From positions 71,491 to 135,490 of the forward strand of contig CAVUPV010000006.1 of assembly GCA_963743395.1 (NCBI GenBank): a stretch of 64,000 nt of DNA, read 5' to 3'. The notes beneath the pieces are model-generated. The model saw only the letters and a program-made list of their open reading frames with translations, was not told the DNA's origin and searched no databases. Source of the DNA: an uncultured Alphaproteobacteria bacterium. Its GTDB lineage: Bacteria; Pseudomonadota; Alphaproteobacteria; Rhizobiales; Xanthobacteraceae. The first letter of the stretch is position 1. Each line of letters opens with the position of its first letter. Position numbers and translations under genes: made by a program. Of this stretch, positions 19,321 through 29,442 are shown piece after piece.

Positions 19321-19887
19321 TCACCGGATATTTGGACCGACAGCGGCCGGTTGCGGCAACTGACCGTCCGGCGGTGCAGCGGTTGCGGCCTGCCGCCTGC
19401 GGCGGCGCGCCTTGGCGGCGCGGTGCCGCGCAACGTGCACTTCCGGGTCAGTCTTTGCGTCAGCCATTGCGTCAGTCTTTTCTTCAGTCTTGGCGTCGGC
19501 CGCTGGTGCGCTTGCCGGCACGGCCTGATTGATCGCCGGGGATTGGGCCGTCGGCGATTGAACTGCAACCTCGCTCGCTGCAGCTTTCGCTGTCGGCACC
19601 GGCGGCGGCGCTTCCGGCGCCGCGTTCTCGAATTTGAGCGGCGCGCTGGCGGCCGATGCCGCGTTCACCGCAAAGCGAACGCCGAACGGCGCCGCCATTC
19701 TATCCAGCCTGTCCGCCATCGTGGGCGCAGGCGCGGCGAAGACGAGTTGCAGCGGCGCGCCGCCATTCGACAAATGTGCGAACGGTTCGCGATTGACGCG
19801 GAATGCGGCGAACAGGGTCAAACCGCAGCCGATGCCGACGACAGACGCCAACAGCGCCACGATCGTCAGGCGGATATTCGGAAACAT
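19321..19887 (-). CDS. membrane-anchored hypothetical protein (Ala/Pro-rich)
   Basis: Start MFPNIRLTIVALLASVVGIGCGLTLFAAF gives one N-terminal TM segment. The rest is low complexity with a basic tail. No family recognised. Confidence 0.5.
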   Translation of the reverse strand: MFPNIRLTIVALLASVVGIGCGLTLFAAFRVNREPFAHLSNGGAPLQLVFAAPAPTMADRLDRMAAPFGVRFAVNAASAASAPLKFENAAPEAPPPVPTAKAAASEVAVQSPTAQSPAINQAVPASAPAADAKTEEKTDAMADAKTDPEVHVARHRAAKARRRRRQAATAAPPDGQLPQPAAVGPNIR

Positions 19888-20040
19888 CAAACCCTCGCAG
19901 GACGCCCGCGCGATCGTTGCAGAAGCACGCGGCACACCGCCTTAAATCGTCACGAGGCAAAGCCGAATCCGACGCGCGGGTGGGGCGACCACGACGTTTA
20001 AACTGAGTCGGCGCAAAACCAATGTTAAAAATGACAAGTC

Positions 20041-20073
20041 GAAATGAAAATGGCCGGCGGTGTCGCGCCGGCC
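20041..20073 (-). terminator. Rho-independent terminator downstream of the ldt gene
   Basis: The minus strand reads GGCCGGCG-cgacac-CGCCGGCC followed by ATTTTCATTT. Confidence 0.5.
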
Positions 20074-20104
20074 ACATCTAATCCCGAGAGATCGCAGTTG
20101 CGCG

Positions 20105-21132
20105 CTAGCGCGTCACCGGCAATGGCGGGATCGGCGCGCTCTCGGTGACCTGGGACGCCGGCACCGGCTGCGCGGCCGCGGCGTCGGGCATGTTTCCCGG
20201 CAGCACGACCACGCGAGTGCCGACGCTGACCCGGCTGTAGAGGTCGGCGACATCGTCATTGGTGAGCCGGATGCAGCCCGACGATACGAATGTGCCGATC
20301 GTCGACGGCTGATTGGTGCCGTGAATACGATAAAGCGTATTGCCGAGATACATCGCGCGCGCGCCAAGCGGATTGGTGTCGCCGCCAGCCATGAAGCGCG
20401 GCAGATAGGGTTGGCGCTCGATCATTTCTTTCGGGGGAAACCAATCCGGCCATTCTTTCATGCGGCTGATGCGCTCGGTACCGGTCCAGGTGAAACCCTC
20501 GCGGCCGACGCCGATGCCGTAACGCAGCGCCTTGCCGTTGCCGAGCACGAGAAAGAGGAAGGTGTTCGGCGTATCTATGATGATCGTTCCGGCCGGTTCA
20601 GGGGTGGTGAAGCCGACGATCTGGCGGCGGAACTGCGGCGGCAGGTCCTTGGCCGGTCCCTGCTCCGGTTGATCTTCCGGCGGCAGCGCGGCGATCACGG
20701 TCGCATTGTTGGATTGCGCGGCGCCCGGCGCGGGCGCGGAGGGGGCGGAAACGACCGGACTACGAACCGAGCCGGTCACATCGGGATCGGCCGTGCCGGC
20801 TACGTTCGCCGGTGGCCGCATGGCGGAACCGTCAAGCATCGGCATCGGCTGCGGCGCGAAATAGGGCCGGGCCGGCTGCGGATACCCATCCTCATCGGCC
20901 GGCTGCACGGAACCGGGGCTATAGGGCACGCCGTTAGCGTCGCGATAGACCGGAGCCGATCCCGTATAAGGCGGAGGGGCGGCTGTGGAGGATAATATTG
21001 AGCGCTGGCGCCGCCGGCCGAAGCGGCCAGGGCCAACGCGATCACCACAAAACCGATGCTGACACGCAAGACAAGCCCCCGGCGACCCCAAAATCGCGGC
21101 CCCGTTTTGCAGGCAACATTTGGCCAGAACAA
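20105..21132 (-). pseudogene. L,D-transpeptidase (YkuD) with its signal peptide in a different frame
   Basis: The YkuD body (RYGIGVGREGFTW..HGTNQPSTIGTFVSSGCIRL) is in the 20105..21091 frame and has no hydrophobic N-terminus. The signal peptide RVSIGFVVIALALAASAGGASAQYYPPQPP is in the 20800..21132 frame. The frames meet in the C-rich tract ccacagccgcccctccgcc near 20985. Confidence 0.7.
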
Positions 21133-21291
21133 GGCGTCAGGCCCCCATTCAGGCGATCCTGCGCCGCGCCAGCGACAGTTCGGCTGGCATGGTGAACAGT
21201 TCGGTAATGGCTAGGCGGGGCGTGGGTACTCTTGGTAGTATGGCAACGCTGGGGTGGGGACCGCGGCAGCAAGTCAGCGAAGGCGGAGAAC

Positions 21292-21780
21292 ATGACGCGG
21301 AGCGCCGTGCGGATCGGCTTGTGCGCTACGTTTGCGGGCGTCGCGCTCGCCTTGTATTTTTGCCGCCCGCTGCACGCTCAAACCGCCGCCATCAACGATC
21401 TCAGGGGCAAGATTTTCGACGCCAAGATGGCGCAACAGGGTTTTGCCGGAGGTCTGCCGCATTGCAGTGAGCTCGACGGCACGAATTTTTATTTCGAGCC
21501 GCGCGATCGCGTCCTCAATCTCGACGACTACAAGCGGTCATTGGACAGTCTGGTGCTGCAGCACGTTTTCAATCCCGAGACCAAGCAGCCGTGGAACCAG
21601 GCGGATGCCGATGCGCGCTGGGCGCAGGTCAAGAAGCTAGCGGTGACCGACCAGGCAAATTGCGCACTGGTGGCCAGCCTGCCGGATCTGCAGAAACAAC
21701 TCGACCAATTGCGGCAGCACGCCGCGAGCGCGCCGCCAGGCGCTGCGCCGTTAAGCGGCCCATCGCAAAATAACAAGTGA
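21292..21780 (+). CDS. secreted hypothetical protein
   Basis: GGCGGAGAA RBS before the ATG at 21292. Signal peptide MTRSAVRIGLCATFAGVALALYFCRPLHAQ. No family recognised. Confidence 0.6.
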   Translation: MTRSAVRIGLCATFAGVALALYFCRPLHAQTAAINDLRGKIFDAKMAQQGFAGGLPHCSELDGTNFYFEPRDRVLNLDDYKRSLDSLVLQHVFNPETKQPWNQADADARWAQVKKLAVTDQANCALVASLPDLQKQLDQLRQHAASAPPGAAPLSGPSQNNK

Positions 21781-21901
21781 GCCGGCATTCCGGCAGCTAA
21801 TTACACGCGGGCTTGACTGGATTTCGTCGCCGCCCCATCTCGGCTACAAACGTGTGCTTGAACCGAGCCGCCGCGAGCCCAACAAAGGCCCAGGAAACAA
21901 G

Positions 21902-22879
21902 ATGCCATCCGTCAGTGACTGGAAGGTGCCGTCCTCCGCGCAGCCGAAAGCGGATGACTATTCCTACAATCTTGAGCATGCGCTGTCGTCCGTCGTCGGG
22001 CTGCGCGCCATCGTGCCGGCGGACGCCTTCACGGCGGACACGCTCGGCACCGAGCGCGCCGGCAATGGCGTTCTTATCCGCGGCAACGGGCTCATCCTGA
22101 CCGTCGGGTATCTCATCACCGAAGCCGAAACGTTGTGGATCACGCTCAACGATGGCCGCTCGGTGCCGGGCCATGTGCTCGGCTACGACCAGGAAACCGG
22201 ATTCGGTCTCGTCCAGGCGCTGGCCAAGCTCGACGCGCCGGCGCTCGAAATCGGTCAATCGGCGGCGGCGTCGATCGGCGAGCGCGTCGTGGTCGGCGGT
22301 TTCGGCGGGCGGCAGCGTTCCGTCGCAGCCCGCATCGTCGCCAAGCAGGAATTCGCCGGCTATTGGGAATACGTGCTCGACGAAGCGATTTTCACCGCGC
22401 CGGCACACCCGAACTGGGGCGGCACGGCGCTGATCGGCCCGGCCGGCGATCTCATCGGCATCGGCTCGTTGCAGCTGCAGCAGGCCGCCGAAAAAGGCCA
22501 GACGCAAAACATCAACATGATCGTGCCGATCGACCTGCTGGCGCCGATCGTCGACGACTTGATGAAATTTGGCCGCCGCAATGCACCGCCGCGGCCCTGG
22601 CTCGGACTCTACGCCACCGAAGTCGAGAACCGCCTCGTTGTCGTCGGCTTAGCCGACCGCGGACCGGCCAAGAAAGCCGACCTGCGCACCGGCGACATCG
22701 TGCTGTCGGTCGCCGGCAAGGACGTTCGCGATCTCGCCGGCTTCTTCCGCCGCATCTGGGCGCAAGGGCAGGCCGGAGTCGAAGTGCCGATCACGATTTA
22801 TCGCGACGGCGAGACCATGGATCTGCGGGTGAAATCGAGCGAGCGCAATCGGTTCCTCAAAGGTCCGAGTTTGCATTGA
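21902..22879 (+). CDS. HtrA/DegP-like trypsin-fold + PDZ protein, apparently lacking catalytic residues
   Basis: Colinear with the S1C protease core plus a PDZ domain (LGLYATEV..GLADRGPAKKADLRTGDIVLSVAGKDV). The positions of the triad read TVGYLI, TGFGLVQ and PNWGGTAL instead of TNxHV, SDIAL and GNSGG. No signal peptide. Confidence 0.8.
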   Translation: MPSVSDWKVPSSAQPKADDYSYNLEHALSSVVGLRAIVPADAFTADTLGTERAGNGVLIRGNGLILTVGYLITEAETLWITLNDGRSVPGHVLGYDQETGFGLVQALAKLDAPALEIGQSAAASIGERVVVGGFGGRQRSVAARIVAKQEFAGYWEYVLDEAIFTAPAHPNWGGTALIGPAGDLIGIGSLQLQQAAEKGQTQNINMIVPIDLLAPIVDDLMKFGRRNAPPRPWLGLYATEVENRLVVVGLADRGPAKKADLRTGDIVLSVAGKDVRDLAGFFRRIWAQGQAGVEVPITIYRDGETMDLRVKSSERNRFLKGPSLH

Positions 22880-22889
22880 TGAAAACCCC

Positions 22890-22945
22890 GTTCTCCCCGC
22901 GAAAGCGGGGACCAAGAACTGGATTCCCGCTTGCGCGGGAATGAA
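22890..22945. repeat. REP-like double hairpin, family A (second copy)
   Basis: gttCTCCCCGCGAAAGCGGGGACcaagaactGGATTCCCGCTTGCGCGGGAATGA is nearly identical to 5505-5566, in the same orientation, and again lies immediately after a +strand stop. Confidence 0.85.
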
Positions 22946-22959
22946 CGTAATAAAAAGAC

Positions 22960-23835
22960 TTATTTCTCCGCAAACAGCGCCTTTAACCCGTCGCGATACG
23001 TCGGATAACGCAAGGTGACGCCAAGCTCGCGCTTGAGCTTATCGTTCCTGACACGCCGGCACTCCTGCCAAAAGCTTAACGCCATCGGCGACATTGACGG
23101 CGCGGCGTCGGCGAAGGCGATTTCCGGCGGCGGCGCGACACCCGATAGCTGCGCGGCAAAGTCGATTGGATCGGCCGGCGGCGATGGCTCGTCGTCGGCG
23201 ACGTTGAAAATCCCGGACGCCGTGTGCGTGAAGGCGGCATCGATCGCCTGCGCGATGTCGGCAACATGGATGCGGTTGAAGATTTGCCCGGGCTTTACGA
23301 TGCGGCGCGCTTTGCCGCTGGCGATTTGCACCAGCGCGTTTTGTCCGGGACCGTAAATGCCGGCGAGACGAAGCGCCGCAACGGCAACGCCATGTCGCGC
23401 GCCAAAATCCTGCCAGGCCCGCTCGGCTGCAAGCCGCGCGCCGCCACGCGCCGAAGCCGGTTGCGGCGGCGTCGCTTCGTCGACCCAGGCGCCGCCGCGA
23501 TCGCCATAGACGCCGACCGTCGACAGATAGACGATCGATCGCAGGTGTTTTGCGGCGGCAAAATCATCTCGCAAGGCGGCAAGAACCGGATCGCCGTTGC
23601 CGCCGGGCGGAATGGAGACAAGCACAGCATCCGCCGCGACGACCGCGCTTTGCAGTTCCGCGCTCACCTGCGCGCCGTCGAACAGGAGGGCTTGCGGCCC
23701 GTCCCGGTACGCATTCAAAACCGCCGCGCGCTCCTTGCCGCGCATGGTGCCGATCGTGCGGGCGAATTTTTGGCCGAAGCTTGCGACGAAATTTTCCGCG
23801 CAATAGCCGAAGCCGAAACAGATAAGCGCGGGCAT
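22960..23835 (-). CDS. NAD(P)-binding Rossmann-fold oxidoreductase (SDR/epimerase-like)
   Basis: Start [13 protein letters not shown] (GxGxxA dinucleotide motif) at 23835. The start overlaps the queG stop as TAATG. Confidence 0.75.
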   Translation of the reverse strand: MPALICFGFGYCAENFVASFGQKFARTIGTMRGKERAAVLNAYRDGPQALLFDGAQVSAELQSAVVAADAVLVSIPPGGNGDPVLAALRDDFAAAKHLRSIVYLSTVGVYGDRGGAWVDEATPPQPASARGGARLAAERAWQDFGARHGVAVAALRLAGIYGPGQNALVQIASGKARRIVKPGQIFNRIHVADIAQAIDAAFTHTASGIFNVADDEPSPPADPIDFAAQLSGVAPPPEIAFADAAPSMSPMALSFWQECRRVRNDKLKRELGVTLRYPTYRDGLKALFAEK

Positions 23836-25085
23836 TAGGCTGCGCCCGCGGCCGTCCATTCGGCAATGACGTCCGGATCGGACTCAAGTTTGACGTGCTT
23901 AGCGGCGCAGCGTTCTTGCCGCGCGCGATCGAGCCGGCCGAGCGCCCAGACGGCGGCGCCGCGCACCAAGGGCGAGGCATCGTCGAGCAGCCGCTCGGCT
24001 TCGTCCGCCAGGGCTGCCTCTCCCGAATTGCCGATCGCGATGAGGACATTGCGCACAAGGCGCGCGCGGCCTATGCGCTTGACGGCGCTTTTCGCGAACA
24101 GCGCGCGGAACGCGGCATCGTCAAGCCGGGCCAGATCGTCGAGCCGCGGCGCGCGCAAATTTTCGCGCGCCGCCAGTTTCGTTTCGCGCCCGGCGACCGC
24201 GAACTTGTTCCACGGACAAACCGCCAGACAATCGTCGCAGCCGTAGATGCGATTGCCAATCGGTTCCCGCAGGTCGCGCGGGATCGGACCCTTGTGCTCG
24301 ATGGTGAGGTAGGAAATGCAGCGTCGCGCGTCGAGCCGGTAGGGCGCGGGAAACGCCGCCGTCGGGCAGACGTCGAGGCAGGCCCGGCAGTTGCCGCAAT
24401 GATCGCGCTCCGCTTCGTCCGGCGGCAGATCCAGTGTGGTGAAGATGGCGCCGAGGAACAGCCAGGAGCCAAGCTGCCGCGACACGAGGTTGGTGTGCTT
24501 GCCCTGCCAGCCGATCCCCGCCGCAGCGGCGAGCGGCTTTTCCATTACGGCCGCGGTGTCGACAAACACTTTGATGTCGCCGCCGGCTGTATCGATCAGC
24601 CAGCGTCCGAGCGACTTCAGCCGCGGCCTGATCAAATCGTGATAATCGTCGCCGCGGGCATAGACCGAAATATCGCCGCGCGTGCGCTCCCGCAAAACGG
24701 CAAGCGGATCGTCGTCGGGTCCATAGTTGATGCCGAGCATGACGAGGGAGCACACCTCGGGCCACATCGTGCGCGGATCGCCGCGCCGTTCGGCATTTTC
24801 CGCGAGCCACGCCATATCGCCGTGTGCGCCGGCGGCGAGGAAGTCGCGCAAGCGTTCCGCGGCAAGTGGGATCGAGCCCGGCCGCGCCACGCCGATCGCA
24901 TCAAAACCTTGCGCGCGCGCCGCCTCGGCCAACGCCGCCTTGAGCGCGGCCGACGTCAGAAATCGAGATTGGCGTAGCTCGGCGACTGCGGCAGGCCGGG
25001 CAGCGTCTCGACCAACAGCGCACGGAACGACGGGCGCGATTTGATCCGCGCGTACCAGTTCCTGGCAGTCTCGTCTTCGTCCCAC
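23835..25085 (-). CDS. queG: tRNA epoxyqueuosine(34) reductase
   Basis: Sequence: [50 protein letters not shown], plus C-terminal HEAT-like repeats. The maximal ORF is given. The true start is uncertain, because the only in-frame ATG overlaps the upstream GST by about 130 nt. Confidence 0.85.
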   Translation of the reverse strand: MGRRRDCQELVRADQIAPVVPCAVGRDAARPAAVAELRQSRFLTSAALKAALAEAARAQGFDAIGVARPGSIPLAAERLRDFLAAGAHGDMAWLAENAERRGDPRTMWPEVCSLVMLGINYGPDDDPLAVLRERTRGDISVYARGDDYHDLIRPRLKSLGRWLIDTAGGDIKVFVDTAAVMEKPLAAAAGIGWQGKHTNLVSRQLGSWLFLGAIFTTLDLPPDEAERDHCGNCRACLDVCPTAAFPAPYRLDARRCISYLTIEHKGPIPRDLREPIGNRIYGCDDCLAVCPWNKFAVAGRETKLAARENLRAPRLDDLARLDDAAFRALFAKSAVKRIGRARLVRNVLIAIGNSGEAALADEAERLLDDASPLVRGAAVWALGRLDRARQERCAAKHVKLESDPDVIAEWTAAGAA

Positions 25086-25648
25086 GGCACATCGCCCAGA
25101 TAATCGACGGCCGACAGCTGCGCGGCCGCGGCCAGATCGGCATAGGTCAGGTTGGCGCCGGCCAGCCAGTCGCGGGTGCGGCTGAGCCAGCCGATATAGG
25201 ATAAATGGTACCTGATATTGCTCTTCGCAGCACGCAGCGTTTCCATATCGGGCGAACCGCCGCCGCTGCCGGCCGGGATGTAACGCTTATAAACGCGCTC
25301 CATCACCACCGGGCCGGACACCTCTTCGAAGAATTTTCCATTGAACCAGTTCATCAGCCGGCGCACCTCGACGCGGCCGCCGAGCTCGTGCGGCATCAGG
25401 CGGAAATCGCCTAGCGTCAGCCCGCGCGTCTCGTCGAGATATTCGGCGATGACGCCGGCGCCGGGTACCGGCGGCGCGCCCTCCTCGACCAGAACCGGCG
25501 TAGTGCCCTCCGGATTGAGCGTCAGAAAGTCCTGCCGCCGCTCCCACACCCGCTCCTCGACCAGATGCGGCGGCAGCCCGTATTCCTCGAGCGCCAGCCG
25601 TACGAAGCGGGAATGCGGGCAGATGGGGTGGTGAAAGAGCGTCAGCAT
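24956..25648 (-). CDS. glutathione S-transferase family protein
   Basis: Start [25 protein letters not shown] at 25648. Thioredoxin-like N-domain plus a helical C-domain. Confidence 0.85.
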   Translation of the reverse strand: MLTLFHHPICPHSRFVRLALEEYGLPPHLVEERVWERRQDFLTLNPEGTTPVLVEEGAPPVPGAGVIAEYLDETRGLTLGDFRLMPHELGGRVEVRRLMNWFNGKFFEEVSGPVVMERVYKRYIPAGSGGGSPDMETLRAAKSNIRYHLSYIGWLSRTRDWLAGANLTYADLAAAAQLSAVDYLGDVPWDEDETARNWYARIKSRPSFRALLVETLPGLPQSPSYANLDF

Positions 25649-25750
25649 GCCGTCGCGAGCCTTGCCCGAATCCCGACCTCGCGTCAAAAACTTGCCGGGA
25701 CTGCAAGTCGCCTTGCGGCTTGATCGCCAGGGCGGCGCACCCAGCGATGG

Positions 25751-26629
25751 TCAGGCCAGCCACCCCAGCGCCACGCCAGCCAGAATCACGACTCCGAGCA
25801 AAAACCGATAGACCACGAACGGCCAGCTCGAGAAGTTTTCCAGTATCTTCATCAGGGTCCATATCGCAAAGAAAGCCGAAATGGCCGCGACGCCAAGACC
25901 GAGAATCAATACCGACCATGCGTGCCAATCGAGATGAACCTTGTGGAGTTCCCAGAGTTCCTTGAAGCCGGCCAGAGCAATTGCAGGCAAACCCAGCAGA
26001 AAGGACAGACGCGCGGCCTCGTCGCGCTTGAAACCGAGCATAAGTGCCGCCGTCAATGTCGAGCCCGAGCGGGAAACACCCGGGATGAGCGCGCCGGTCT
26101 GTGCCAGTCCGACAACAATTGCATCGACGATAGTCGCCTTCTCGATGGAGCGCCGATGCCGAGCCCAAAGCTCGGCCATGGCAAGAAGCACAGCCATCGC
26201 GATACAGGCCCATCCGATAACGCTGATTGCGCGAAGCGGCGAATTGCAAGTGTTGAGCAGTTTCGCGAGCGCCAGTCCGGCAATTCCTATCGGGACGGTT
26301 GCAAGGACAATCCACAGCACAAATTGGAAAGAGCGGTCGCGGAATCGTCTACGAGCGGCGGCGGCAATCGAATTGACCGCCAATTCTCTAACGTCAGTCC
26401 AGAAATAGCTCACGACCGCCCCCAACGCGGCAAGCTGCATGGCGGCAGAGAATGCGGAGCCCGGGTCCTGCCAGCCGAGCACAGCGGGCACCAGGCGCAT
26501 GTGCGCGGTTGATGAGACGGGCAGCAACTCGGTGATCCCCTGCACAATCCCGAGAATTGCGACCTTGAAATAACCCAACGCTACGAAGCCGGTATCGACG
26601 CCATTTGTGCAAGCATCGGACATGTTCAC
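25751..26629 (-). CDS. uppP: undecaprenyl-diphosphate phosphatase
   Basis: Sequence: GIVQGITELLPVSSTAHMRL..GVSRSGSTLTAALMLGF, the hallmark BacA/UppP motifs; about 8 TM segments. Confidence 0.9.
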   Translation of the reverse strand: MNMSDACTNGVDTGFVALGYFKVAILGIVQGITELLPVSSTAHMRLVPAVLGWQDPGSAFSAAMQLAALGAVVSYFWTDVRELAVNSIAAAARRRFRDRSFQFVLWIVLATVPIGIAGLALAKLLNTCNSPLRAISVIGWACIAMAVLLAMAELWARHRRSIEKATIVDAIVVGLAQTGALIPGVSRSGSTLTAALMLGFKRDEAARLSFLLGLPAIALAGFKELWELHKVHLDWHAWSVLILGLGVAAISAFFAIWTLMKILENFSSWPFVVYRFLLGVVILAGVALGWLA

Positions 26630-26667
26630 GTCGTCCCGTCAGATTGTGGTGTGCATGACGCGACGGC

Positions 26668-27639
26668 CTACGCCGCGTGCGGGCTGAACTGGCCGGTCTT
26701 GCGGAAGCGCCACAGATAAGTCGGCACGATTGCGTCCATCGTTTCCGGCAGGATGCCGAGGCCTTCCAGCGTGCGGTCGTCGCGCTTGGCTTCATCGGAC
26801 ACGATATTGTCGCGCTTCAAAAGTTCGACCTGATCGGGCGTGATCGGCGGTTTCGGCAGCAATTGCAGAACCGTCGCCTGCAGCGTCATCAGTGCGAAGG
26901 GAACCGGCACCAGCAGGCGGCGGCGGCCGATCGTGGTGAGCACGAATTCCATCAGTTGCCGAAACGTGCGGATGTCGGGCCCGCCGAGCTCGTAGATCGC
27001 ACCCGCCGCCAAATCGCCGTCGACCGATTTGGCGACCGCTTCGGCGACATCGCCGGCAAAGACCGGCTGCATGCGGGTATGGCCGCCGCCAACGAGCGGC
27101 AGCGCCGGCGCCATGCGCGCGAGCGCGGCGAAGCGGTTGAAGAAATCGTCCTCGGGTCCGAATACGATCGATGGCCGCACGATGACCGCATTGCTCGCCG
27201 CGGCCAGCACCACCCGTTCGCCCTCCGCCTTGGCGCGCGCGTAAGACGACGGCGAATCGGCGGCGGCGCCGATGGCCGAAATGTGAGTGAGCGGTGCACC
27301 GACGGCGCTGGCCGCACGCGCCACGGTTTCGGCGCCGGCGGCCATGATGTTGTCGAAGGACTGGCGGCCCCGCTCGAACAGGAGGCCGACCAGATTGACC
27401 ACGGCATCGGCGTCGCGCACCGCCGCCGCGACCGAAGCCGGATAGCGCAGATTGGCCTGAACCGCATGAATCTGGCCAACCCGGCCCATCGGCCGCAAAT
27501 AGCCGGTGAGTTCGGGGCGGCGCACCGCGACCCGGACGCGATAGCCGCGATAGGCGAGCGCGCGCACCACATGGCGGCCGAGGAACCCCGAGCCGCCGAA
27601 TACGGTGACCAGCGTTTCAAGCTTGCTCTTGGGCGCCAT
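26668..27639 (-). CDS. complex I NDUFA9-like NAD(P)H-binding protein
   Basis: Start MAPKSKLETLVTVFGGSGFLGRHVVRAL at 27639 (GGSGFLG Rossmann motif). The upstream ORF extension crosses a REP element. Confidence 0.85.
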   Translation of the reverse strand: MAPKSKLETLVTVFGGSGFLGRHVVRALAYRGYRVRVAVRRPELTGYLRPMGRVGQIHAVQANLRYPASVAAAVRDADAVVNLVGLLFERGRQSFDNIMAAGAETVARAASAVGAPLTHISAIGAAADSPSSYARAKAEGERVVLAAASNAVIVRPSIVFGPEDDFFNRFAALARMAPALPLVGGGHTRMQPVFAGDVAEAVAKSVDGDLAAGAIYELGGPDIRTFRQLMEFVLTTIGRRRLLVPVPFALMTLQATVLQLLPKPPITPDQVELLKRDNIVSDEAKRDDRTLEGLGILPETMDAIVPTYLWRFRKTGQFSPHAA

Positions 27640-27697
27640 AGACCGCGAAATACATGATCGATTTGGTACTGTATAGGGGCAAGCTTGACAGGCTCGT

Positions 27698-27805
27698 GTC
27701 GTCATCCGCAAAGGCGGATGATCCAGTAATCCCAAATGCTTTGGCGTTCCACTGAAAGCCGAACCCGTCGAGAGCACTGGATGCTCCGCCTTCTCGGAGC
27801 ATGAC
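27698..27805. repeat. REP/MITE-like element, family B variant
   Basis: GTCGTCATCCGCaaaGGCGGATGATC at the left end and GGATGCTCCGccttctCGGAGCATGAC at the right end. Confidence 0.75.
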
Positions 27806-27868
27806 AAGCCCTTCGATTGACAAGGCGACGACCGCTTTCGTACCTATCGCCGCATTGCCCTTCCGGGC

Positions 27869-27953
<85 letters not shown>

Positions 27954-28261
27954 GAGCCGCAGCGCAACTTTGATTGCAGGCGATGATCGATCGCCTGGCC
28001 AGTCCTTTGTTGCGACAGTGGATGTTGCGACAACGTATCACAAAAATTTAGGTGCGGCGCAGCAACGGCGTCACAATGGCATTCTAGATCGTCGAAACCA
28101 CCGCCGCTTCGCCGCAGCGCACATTCCGCTTGAGGATTACTGGGATTTTGTAAGCACCGACAAGGCATATGTGGAAAAAACGGCAACCAAGCCTCCAATA
28201 ACGCAGTCTTGAATTGGCTCGGAACGCTCGAAGAGTAAACTGGAACTGGGACGAGGCGTGA

Positions 28262-28630
28262 GTGGCAGATCACGGAACCCGTATGGAGCCTGTCATGGCA
28301 CCCAGCTTGGAGCCCGATACGACGTCCGGTTTTGATTCCGTACTCATACCCTTTGACATCGCGTCCTTTGAGACTGTGAGCCCGCTCGAAATGGAGCGGA
28401 GCGTTTTCGACTCCGCCGAAGCGCGGATTCTGTCGACCGCCTTCGAGAAGGCGTGGGCCTATGTCGAATTCGATCCCGTGCTGGGCATCCTCGACGCTGC
28501 GGAACGGCAATCCGAGCTGGCGCGCTGCCTGATGGCGATCCTCAAATTCGGCGAATCCGATCCGACCAGCCTGGCAAATTCGGGCATAGCGCTGCTGCGC
28601 CGCAGCCAGCGCAGCCGCGTCCGCGCGTAA
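28262..28630 (+). CDS. hypothetical small protein (true start probably internal, e.g. MERSVF)
   Basis: ORF follows a lower-GC spacer next to tRNA-Leu. The C-terminal part (AEARILSTAFEKAWAYV...ERQSELARCLMAILKFG) looks like a small helical protein. No family recognised. Confidence 0.45.
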   Translation: MADHGTRMEPVMAPSLEPDTTSGFDSVLIPFDIASFETVSPLEMERSVFDSAEARILSTAFEKAWAYVEFDPVLGILDAAERQSELARCLMAILKFGESDPTSLANSGIALLRRSQRSRVRA

Positions 28631-28730
28631 CGGCCGCTTGCCGTCCGGGCTACGTGCCACTCGCGGCGGCAACGCCGCTTTTTGACGCGCGATTGCGGTT
28701 GCGATATTCAGGCGCCGCAAAGGCGCCCTA

Positions 28731-29345
28731 ATGACCACCCGTCTGCATCGCGGCGATCTGCCGGACATTTCGCGCTATAAAGGCGCGGTCGCCATCGATA
28801 CCGAGACCATGGGGCTCGATATTCAGCGCGACCGCCTGTGCGTGGTGCAGCTTTCCCCCGGTGACGGCTCCGCCGACGTCGTGCAGATCGCCTCGCCCGC
28901 GGCCGATGCGTCGAACTTGAAGCGGCTTTTGGCGGACAAGAGCCTGCTCAAGATTTTTCACTTCGCGCGTTTCGATCTCGGCATGCTCTATAAAACCTTC
29001 GGCGTCATGGCCGAGCCGGTTTTTTGCACCAAGATCGCCTCGCGTCTGACCAGGACCTATACCGACAAGCATGGGCTTAAGGATCTGGTGCGCGAGCTTT
29101 TGGGGCAGGATCTTTCCAAGCAGCAGCAGTCGTCCGACTGGGGTGCGGCCGACCTCAGCGAGGCGCAGCTGTCCTACGCCGCCGCCGACGTGACGCATCT
29201 GCATGCGCTCAAGGACAGGCTGCAGGCCATGCTGGCGCGGGAGGGGCGCGAGCCGCTGGCCGCCGCCTGTTTCGGCTTCCTGCCCGACCGGGTCCGGCTC
29301 GACCTCGCCGGCTTTGCCGCCGAGGACATTTTCGCGCATTCCTGA
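28731..29345 (+). CDS. 3'-5' exonuclease, short RNase D-like (DEDD family)
   Basis: Sequence: AIDTETMGLDIQRDRLCVVQL (ExoI), KIFHFARFDLGML (ExoII), YAAADVTHL (ExoIII). Confidence 0.85.
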   Translation: MTTRLHRGDLPDISRYKGAVAIDTETMGLDIQRDRLCVVQLSPGDGSADVVQIASPAADASNLKRLLADKSLLKIFHFARFDLGMLYKTFGVMAEPVFCTKIASRLTRTYTDKHGLKDLVRELLGQDLSKQQQSSDWGAADLSEAQLSYAAADVTHLHALKDRLQAMLAREGREPLAAACFGFLPDRVRLDLAGFAAEDIFAHS

Positions 29346-29442
29346 ACCGCGGTCGCTCGGCAGCGTGAGAAAACGGCCCTCGCCGGGCCACATTCCGGGG
29401 CGATTTAGGCCACCGGAACAGTTAGACTAGCGACCGAAAGAT

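Noticed and set aside
28296-28310. Sigma-54 promoter-like string TGGCAC-N5-TTGG.
   Set aside because: The -12 element lacks the conserved GC (TTGG, not TTGC). It lies inside an ORF, and the resident rpoN appears disrupted.
27954-28730. Genomic island or prophage remnant at tRNA-Leu.
   Set aside because: There is no integrase, no direct repeat of the tRNA 3' end and only about 0.8 kb of atypical sequence. It is kept only as a low-interest finding.
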